64,000 bases of DNA from a virus. Below the pieces are notes generated by a model, which saw only the letters and a program-made list of their open reading frames with translations, had not been told where the DNA came from and did not search any database. Location of the stretch: the IMG/VR virus record IMGVR_UViG_3300017527_000160, positions 35,916 to 99,915 of that record. The stretch is one strand, 5' to 3'. A program made the translations under genes and the position numbers. Shown here in pieces: positions 22,501 to 28,400 of this stretch. How positions within the stretch are numbered: the stretch's first letter is position 1; each line of letters opens with the position of its first letter.

Positions 22501-25449
22501 CAAGCGGGTGTTCCAATTGATGAAGCTGTATACTTTGTTTCTAATCCACTGGTTAGAGAATATGTTAAGGAGCAGAAGCTTGCTAACAGTACATTCGGTA
22601 TGGCTCTTGGTACAACACCTACAATCGACGTTGTTGATGCTGAAGGTAATAGTAGAGTAGTTCCTGCGCCACAGATGGCTCAGTTCAAATCTAAAGGTAG
22701 AGTTTTATCACGTCACTTCCAAGGTGTTACTGATGGTACTCAGAGAACCATAAATGAACTTGGTAGAGAAAGGCAAGCGAATGCTAATGATTATAAAGGT
22801 AGAACTAAATTTGATAAAGAAGAGTTAAAGAAAGCTGCTAAAAGTAAAATGGGTGCTCGTGAAATCACTGAATTCGATAAGGATGTGTTTGTTCACTTCC
22901 TTGAGATAGAGAACATGAGTAAAGCTGTTAAGGATATGAAGATGAGAACTAATGTGGATACATCGAAAGATGCTACATTGTTCGAGGCTCAGGATAGAAT
23001 TACTATGATTGAACAGATCAAGAGAGACGGTAAGTTCCCTGCAGAGATGGTTGATAAGATCCGAGTGGATTCACCTATCGCTAGTTTCTTTATACAAGAC
23101 TTCCAAATCGATTTACTTGGCGATGCGTTTCCACTAAGGAACCATGAGGTAATTAACAACTTCATCCAAGGTGTTGAGTTCGACGATTGGAAAAACACTT
23201 ATGGTCTAAAAGATAAAGCAATCATCAACTGGAAATCAGATATGATAAACTATATCTTCCAGAATGAACTTAAGTATTTTGATGTCGATAAGATAACTCA
23301 CTATAAAGGTAGAAGATTAACTTCAAGAACAGCTGCTCAAGCAACTAGTAAGGTTAACTTAGGTACTGAAACAGCTCCTAAAAGTGGTAATGTAATAATT
23401 GATGCAGTTAAAGGTAGAGAACCTCAACCTGGAGCAATAACAGCATTCAGAACTAAAGGTAAAACAGAGCAAAATATGATCGATGCTCTTAAGGATGATG
23501 CTGTTGGAAATCCTTTTGGTCCTTATGGGGCTATAAAAGAAGAGACTGCTGTATCAGTTACTAGATTCTTAGATTGGTTAGAAGGTAAAGCAGATACAAA
23601 TGTAATGCAAGATTATAGAAATGCAATTCTTGCTAAACAAAATGAATTAGCTAATAAAGACATTTATTACTATAAAGATTTAAGCAGACCTTCTCATGCT
23701 ACAGCTTTAGATTACTTTTTAAATAAATCAACACAACAAACCAGTGATGCCGGAATGGCTGTTGAAGATGTATTCTTAACTAGACATGGTGCGTATGCCA
23801 AAGACGGGAAGATGTATATTGATAAAGCTCAGTTAAAAACTGACTTTGCTAATAAAACTTATACGCAAAAGCCTATCACTCAAGAAGAATATGCTAAAGA
23901 AACACACGAAGCTGTATCTCAAGGTGAGACACCTACACACATGCGTCTTACTGCACCAGTATCAAACTTGGCGTTTAGTACAGAGAATGAGTATATCCAG
24001 TTTGTGATGGAAAGAGAATCTTTGAGAGAGGCGAGACCTTTATCTAAGTTACTAAGTTCGGAAAAAGATTGGAGTGAATCAAACTCAAAGTTTAAAGCAG
24101 TTGTTGATCGCTTCATGTATGAGAACAAGATCAAGGTGGGTCAAAGTAAAGACGCACATGCTGAATGGGTTGTGGCTATGGCTTATGAAGTTTATCTTAG
24201 AGATGTCGCATTGGCTAGAACTAATAACCACTGGCACATGTTCCGTGGTGAAGACACATATGCTCATGAGTTTGCTAGAATCAAACGTAACTATCCTGTT
24301 TTATCAACGCATTTTTCTTTGATGAATGCTCTTGATTTTAAAGGGAGTATGGGATGGAAAAACCTTGCACTGAATCAAAGTGAACTTGATGGTGATCAGA
24401 CTAATGTGTTACATGAGAACTTACAAGACTTAGCTGACAGCAGTAAACTACAAGAGCTTCTACCAGAGGCTTCTCAAATGGAGATCGATGAGATCAAAGA
24501 ACATTTTGAGAACTTCCATACAGTAGCATTCTTGCAATCAGGTATGAGTCAGGGTAGTCGATTCTCAATGACTCAGTTTGTATCGCAAGATCAGATGATA
24601 AGGTTGATGGAGAAACCTCTACAAAATCTTAACACGTTACTCGCAAGTAACAACCCGCTTAAGCAAGTGTTCTTAGAGGAGTATCATCATAGATGGGTGC
24701 AGCAGAATTCCGCTGCTAGTAGAAACACAAGAATTCGTGGTAAGAATATGAATAACAATGTTACATTATTAGATAGTAACACGATTGGTCAAGGTGTTCA
24801 GACTACTGAACCAGCTCAACAAAGAATAACAACTATCGGGGCTCAACCGGCTTTGATCAGTGAGCGAGGTTACTCTGGGTTTAATATCTCACAAACAAAT
24901 GCTGAGAAGTATTTAGAGAAGTATCCTAATTTTACTTTCGTATATGATTTTGCTATCGATAATCAAATGGGTGCTGCAGGGGCTAACAGTAACAGAAACT
25001 TTCACGGTAAAGGTCCTAACGCAATAGGTCTCCCTACATTGTTTAAGTATTCACCTGGTAATGATAAAACCGGAACACGACCTGATCTCATAAGAGATGT
25101 TGACGGGAAGGTGAGTGACAAAGTGAAGGAAGTTATTGATCATGCTATCGATCAGATGGTAGATAATATGAACAGCGGACAGACGTTGCAATTCGATAGA
25201 GAAGGATACGGTCAGTATATGATTGAATCAAAAGACGGTGCTCCTCGTTTAGCACCTCAAACTTTCTTATATTTGTCGAAGCAGTTGCTTGAAAGAGTTC
25301 AGTTCGTTAACCCTGGTTATTTGAAAACTCAATCAGGTAAGGTGGCGACACAAGCAGGTCAAGCGGTCACTGATGCTTCTATCTGGCAAGAGGTTCAGAA
25401 TGAAATGAGTGATGATGCAGTGAGAGATTTTATAAAACAATGTCTATAA
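13594..25449 (+). CDS. Virion-packaged DNA-dependent RNA polymerase (crAss-like two-barrel type) with N-terminal zincin domain; polyvalent protein
   Basis: 3951 aa; RIPVQG followed by SGADFDVDK (catalytic DxDxD at 21337-21351, matching the DFDID-type motif of crAss-like RNAPs); HEAWH...EEHLAEEF zincin at 16609 onward. Confidence 0.88.
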   Translation: MKCTIVGANQRDVRVVVAGDIFDLMKAGKPVDVKALSLNMYNAMYDAEQKNNTEALAYARLVPFMVQQLMGVDATILKHVVESKVDLGELANTQIAAQDAETGLKYVEEWLGVRENGLKESLAAAQPKKAKKKPGRQAKLFADEVVKLGDTVQILSGKGKGEVVTVTEDHGDKVRLSNGVLRKKTRVKLKAQTSVPVAAPVKLTIRQKVIRSLELDLKQSDESKFPMSAAARRKVQAQLDQLKAEEAGKAPVKKKDGWSREDIMEDAHNQHQAGVDDWYANKKKQIAEEEAVLSTGSENLETGAPEGDPGVGPTPISVEEVMALPVEEFTRWFITHGLISGNETGLNQRPYIGGRSPADLRAVVNRIKLGKTHKKDGTILKSVADFYADMAEIQKNNDEFPMIKGTGGKNDGRTGSPPLSAIIQSGLDMAKGGPVDEVDEDSKEEVTPKPRNKNYLQGALKSVIDGVVKAFNAHAPSWMTTSGNETGYNVGEVSARIPTAASKAAYAAQRTILRLMEDGNIQDSKDLKVNGRTGVFLTAKFADGRIRMTLTDKNGDAILFDGNDQPALDGNPREYGMRAVDKFFDKEGNVKTTGKRFNEMVDALINAKPHLTRTRAVNILKAEVEHIQAVREYINKDQENNSLEFSISGGSLGYIQVGFSPKELTSVSKLSDKVTMKLSTKADNIGEEGHVYATSDEMEGDWIPIERPGLRDTPFADVVESLLFDENLTDKDGKLLNAVDRAKHIDKYVGTNKESEILFDYDIGTKKVKRLVIGNTVIIDVEKGIRDLEVGKIAYKQLLAKNNKGTSFPTLKMHVNADALARRDFMSVSIADGVVTTEGKNTRVHMAEQGFMIQTPDVASDGMIRKVNAYFTFKLSEKGDQALNGKAVAEEEAKIAEQNTEEIEENEDDAWQKAMDAKMKALQDKNKPLDEDEDDRLFRSLDVKNQNRAATAEQIKEARDWYEKHPLSKHIPFKTMFEQMNKDGVAQWTVEGITLFKGADYSDLYHEAWHGFTQTMLTKQQKTDLYKELGRKVGSFKDYNGRMVSFAAANEKQLEEHLAEEFRSFMLKGKKATTAGPKQLSFFKKILAILKALFNNSHIDQVIMDAKFDSKVSELFEKMRVGNLAGYTFSQANANFGKLNQGITAIPGNEIKEGVESLNYQTSAELNNMMDAYLAEYVTVMNQGLDSAGQARVKKLNTELQDTENLNQAEQKAKRDELDALLNNDAASYKYSSLIVSDPDVLTTGYFYAQGKFQRLKASLSAKVKKETDPVQKASDLKDLKMIEFALDQFGNIDDIYSNQSADGTVAYGLIGYHMQRSKLFQDSRPTQEEIADEQKGPVAKRAFDRAGNESSLKEMASAEILYLLKTLPQVEKNDEGEWVPVTNRFDVNELAPFQTTWNRMVRATENIQDFDQMYDKLQEEAVKFPVLEELLKRMGDPHSSKVNTEHTLWTQLFKTFSKSRVPLIQMTVEQQGRGVNVKWEARVGEAFNADYAIGRQWQSMFTGAEPSEFIKNTIEGNYMDLAAIIKKFPHHSAASANPFEFFHAIGMPLSDNPEIRNELKANLGTYGPGHFHDEIMKLKGAGTRVERLDQITEEVNGRYKDLMKLEARYSDVFSSFMVTNAEGNTQFEHTLNNSMTMMVNAVNNSIDYNDMVSKPHLAHLDINKNPFAKSSLWLKAMFNLDGSPDINSIGKDGKSNHNPNYGERRVTKSGDFVTLRLTNLSGVLAKTMGDETGTGVSSAGADEYSKLIMDLQLSYSGMPELMRHADKGTSFTITIDGPLDIDSQPTDNYVPIGDFAAGGRFREKTVDRLSPHIVAEMSRMRILRGMTNMDGTPKMDVPFDVDYIMNGQQFVAFEDVLSDGTKAALKKIAFSEENIEDAVEAMRETINADLTKYFDKQYEEVNKKFDDAFFLADNIQEDMSRKGITGNKREAAIRSYVHNSWIHNIESIAVIYGDLAQYNHAKEGFHKRNAGGGSTGDIYRYDKTMAKNINDNYYKSSYAAKHANRLGITERRYFGGTMSTAIIEDQEIRSVYMDEYEEAFGEDAYKLGNYAKQNEGDAQGLITFDSYRELKVAEGTWSNEQDALFKKIVNGEKVSSRDVAQFFPVIKAQYWGPLANDTALPVMAFHKYSLFPMTPSVIKGKKMEKLHDKMVKEGIGYVTFESGSKVGTISKTAKVKKNEKTGEIEKVSRGYDKVYTEGEALDPNIMDPKMEDADGNYVEHFTKNDIHLHYLKNQLEIHDERKGNVIFSTQLRKLIEDGLMANGVPSDFMMKESLGGSKVVAERKAEWAKIEAKWDTMSPEAQQKTSKKYGLLKDYEKNINRLTQYAKEKLLEEINWQEIVDPKTGEKSLKGDMKNLLELVRSELVRQDLGQHSIDFIQTNTDGTIKHDLSLSLNVEQIEKLLNAMMVKKLIKQKVNGEGLIQVAATLMEDMAAEQGRDFRNPTEEDLAKWGSKDLPHYRPNQGPNGETTAAKVKVALAGDFRHLLKMTSVQELAKEQRIIDIAKAKGGSWTAAHVALNELIKDEEWLNEGRNREMVSMIGVRIPVQGLNSMEFMEVYEFLPEEAGSVIVPPTEIVTKSGADFDVDKMTVMMPNILSLNGSVELATSDLATKPKETLKEERDALVQKISDIREEHKEARKDKETRFTAEEREILDDTKSRIRDEQRKIKSLKKQWLDTSRQYKSPRVIKRMKALEESIDAAQFKKMSLEETEDMYYNTLPGDRLKHILSEPQAELAIIRRQLASLTDKPIQNDIMNSIRAVLELPDNFKPLVMPNSTELLTGQDNDGLAQEMEPHVVDTNKFDNVHSTKRYQGPKGDRISATRVLEVGYNLEKHMKNAIGKQTLALGAVDNTYNTLFNRIGAYMNPRVHSEAQYDAARRQEKKDKKKLTQKQKDVLKEYSEQRIMLNHNTMDIEGSDAISLSHINDAAGTPISDVVNQLINGWVDIAADAFVFNLQGNKEISPVLLFMVQAGVPIDEAVYFVSNPLVREYVKEQKLANSTFGMALGTTPTIDVVDAEGNSRVVPAPQMAQFKSKGRVLSRHFQGVTDGTQRTINELGRERQANANDYKGRTKFDKEELKKAAKSKMGAREITEFDKDVFVHFLEIENMSKAVKDMKMRTNVDTSKDATLFEAQDRITMIEQIKRDGKFPAEMVDKIRVDSPIASFFIQDFQIDLLGDAFPLRNHEVINNFIQGVEFDDWKNTYGLKDKAIINWKSDMINYIFQNELKYFDVDKITHYKGRRLTSRTAAQATSKVNLGTETAPKSGNVIIDAVKGREPQPGAITAFRTKGKTEQNMIDALKDDAVGNPFGPYGAIKEETAVSVTRFLDWLEGKADTNVMQDYRNAILAKQNELANKDIYYYKDLSRPSHATALDYFLNKSTQQTSDAGMAVEDVFLTRHGAYAKDGKMYIDKAQLKTDFANKTYTQKPITQEEYAKETHEAVSQGETPTHMRLTAPVSNLAFSTENEYIQFVMERESLREARPLSKLLSSEKDWSESNSKFKAVVDRFMYENKIKVGQSKDAHAEWVVAMAYEVYLRDVALARTNNHWHMFRGEDTYAHEFARIKRNYPVLSTHFSLMNALDFKGSMGWKNLALNQSELDGDQTNVLHENLQDLADSSKLQELLPEASQMEIDEIKEHFENFHTVAFLQSGMSQGSRFSMTQFVSQDQMIRLMEKPLQNLNTLLASNNPLKQVFLEEYHHRWVQQNSAASRNTRIRGKNMNNNVTLLDSNTIGQGVQTTEPAQQRITTIGAQPALISERGYSGFNISQTNAEKYLEKYPNFTFVYDFAIDNQMGAAGANSNRNFHGKGPNAIGLPTLFKYSPGNDKTGTRPDLIRDVDGKVSDKVKEVIDHAIDQMVDNMNSGQTLQFDREGYGQYMIESKDGAPRLAPQTFLYLSKQLLERVQFVNPGYLKTQSGKVATQAGQAVTDASIWQEVQNEMSDDAVRDFIKQCL

Positions 25450-25458
25450 TATAACAGT

Positions 25459-28400
25459 ATGTCTAGTTGTCCAAATAAAAGTTTTAAAACAGATAGTAAC
25501 CAAGAGAAGAGCGACTGGGCTCTTTTAGAAGAAGGTGTAGGTTACTTTGAAGCAATGCGTGATTACCTTGAAACAGGTGGTGAAATCAGAACACCTGAAC
25601 AGGTTAAAGATAAGCTTGCCATGAGGAAAGAAGTACCAGGATCTGCAATGAGCCCTGAATCAACAATTCCTTCAGGTGAATTCACTCTTGCTGATATAGC
25701 TAATGATCAACTTAAACAGACTGAGGACTTCGGTATAAACACTGATCAGTTAAAATCTACTAGAGCAATCGAGCTAGCAAACAAAATGTCTGCTGCTTTA
25801 GGTATCCAGTATGAGTTGGTTACTGCGCAACAGGCGGCACTGATCACACAGAATGCTAAGAACCCATGGAATGGAGAAGGAGCTTTCTTTGTTGGTGGTA
25901 AGGTTTACTTTATCCAAGAGAAGATGACCAGTGACATGGTGTTGCATGAGTTCGCACACCCGCTGGTTCGAGTAATCTCTAAAGAAAACCCTGCACTATT
26001 TGATAAGCTTTATAACGACATAGCTAATACAACAGAGGGACAGGAAGTAATACAAGCAGTGACCGATCACTATAAAGCGCTTGAACCTGGTTCAGCATAC
26101 TTTAAGGAAGAGGTAATTGTAAAAGTACTGGAGAAGCATGGGGCACAAAAACTATCGAAGGAAAAGGTTCAGGGACCGTTTGCAAAAGCTATTGCTGAAT
26201 TCCTATTTGCGATTAAACAACTTCTACGTAAGAGGTTCGGTAAGCATATCAAAATTTCTAAACTTTCTACAGACACTTCTTTAGATGAGTTAGCTGACAT
26301 ACTTACTGCTGGAGATAAGATCTCTATTGATACTGAGTTGATTTCTGAGGAGGACATCGTAGCGTATAACAAAGAGGCAGAAGCTGAGGTGAACAATGAT
26401 TTGAATACTGTTCGTAATCAGGACATCCAAGCTACGGTGAATGATTTCTACGATAAGATCACGGATCATATGCAGGAGTTGATGCATAATGAGAACTATG
26501 CTGAGTTAGCGGATGTTCTAGTAGACAGCAACCAGGTTAAGATGTACCAAGCAATGAAGGGTAATCTTAAACCTCATCATAAGGCAATGATGAGTAAAGC
26601 TAACGCAACTCTGGAATCTGCTGAGGAGAGTAGAAAAAGGGTGAATGCCTTGACAAATACTTTGTTCCGTTTAGAGGATGTGATGAAGAAGATGTATGAG
26701 CATACTAAAGATATTGCTACTTATCCAGATACACAGGATAACATGCAGAAGGCTTATTACTACAAGAAGTTTACAGATCACTGGCAAGAGTTCATGACTG
26801 ACTTGAAAAATACGTTGGAGAATGAAGCCAACGGTGTTGATTCAAGATCGGAGATAGTAGCCCTAGTGAATGCTATAGAATCAGATATTAGTAAGACCGG
26901 TAAGATAATCGATAAGATGTATGCCGACGGATCAAGAGATGCTTTATACGAACAACTAGTTCCTATGAATAGAGCCATCTCTGAAAGATATGAAGAGCGT
27001 ATAGCTAACTTGAGAGAGAAGGGTGCATCTCCAGAACGTATAGATAAAGTATTTACAGAGTATCATGGTGTCAACCAAGCTGACAAGAAGATCATGGATA
27101 CTTTAACTGCCAAGTATAAGGCAGGTACTATAACTACTACTGAACAGAATACACTTGATCAACTCGTAGTAAAAGGAAAGAAAGGATTATCTATCAGTAA
27201 GGATAAGATAGAACTACTACTGAAAGGTAGAATGGGTGATGCTAACTGGTTTAGTTCATACCTAGAAGGATACTTATATAACTCTGACCCTATTGTGGGT
27301 GGTTTGGCTTTGTTTGTTAAGAATGCTACGAACGATGTGATGATAGTAGCGCAACAAAAATACAATGACTTCGCCAATGATATCAGAGATGACCTTAAGG
27401 CTGCGGGATACAATCCAAACCGTGTAGGTAAACTTGGTAAGGACGTGGGTCGTAAAGATAAAATTGCACGTATCAATGAGGAAGGTATCCTTGAAGAAGC
27501 TGAGGTATGGTCTTTCAAACAAGAGTTTGGTAATGGTTTCCGTTATGACCAAGATGCTCTCAAGAAGACAATGCAGTTAGCTGAGGAAGCTCATGAGACT
27601 AACAATACACCTGAGACTAAAGCGGCTTTTATAAAGGCTGAGAAAGAGTATAAGAAATTTGAGCGTGACTATATGCATCAACAATTCACTGATGCATACT
27701 ATGCTCGTGAGGAGCTGTTTGAAGATGACCCGGTCGGGGAAGCTGCTGGTTTCGCTAGGAGAGAAATACTAGATGATATGCAAGAGCTTACCTCTCACGC
27801 TAAGACTCAGTCTGACCACCTAGAGATTGCCGATGAGCTTGATGCTATATGGCGTAAGTATCGTTTACTGCATAGTAACTATGACCACAACGGTAAGCTC
27901 AAGACTGGTGATGATTTGGAAATAGCTAAGAGACTTCGTACTTATAGACAAGAGTCACAAGAGCTGCACGAGTATACTGTAAGAAAGGGTGCGTTCGAGA
28001 ATGCATACTTTAACTTTCAACAGGAACTTAGAAATCAAAACATAGAAGAGAATACTACCGATCCTGAGTCTGAGTGGAACAAGAAGATGGACATCTGGAA
28101 GAAGCGTAACACAAGAACGGCTGTTAAACCTGAGTACTATACTGAACGTACTAGGATCCTTGAGGGGATAAAAGAAATCTTAAAGAAGATTGATGATACT
28201 GAACAAAAGGAACTTGACCAAGGTGTTATCTGGGAAGAGATCTTAGATATCGTTGCTCCATATAAGGACGATGATAAGCAACCTATCGGGACAGAGATGA
28301 AGGAGAGTAACATCGATGACATACGAGAGCTGCAGTTGAAATTAGAAGAAATTAAAGAGAAGAGCATTCAACGTTCTGGATTAACTAGGAAAGAAAGTTC

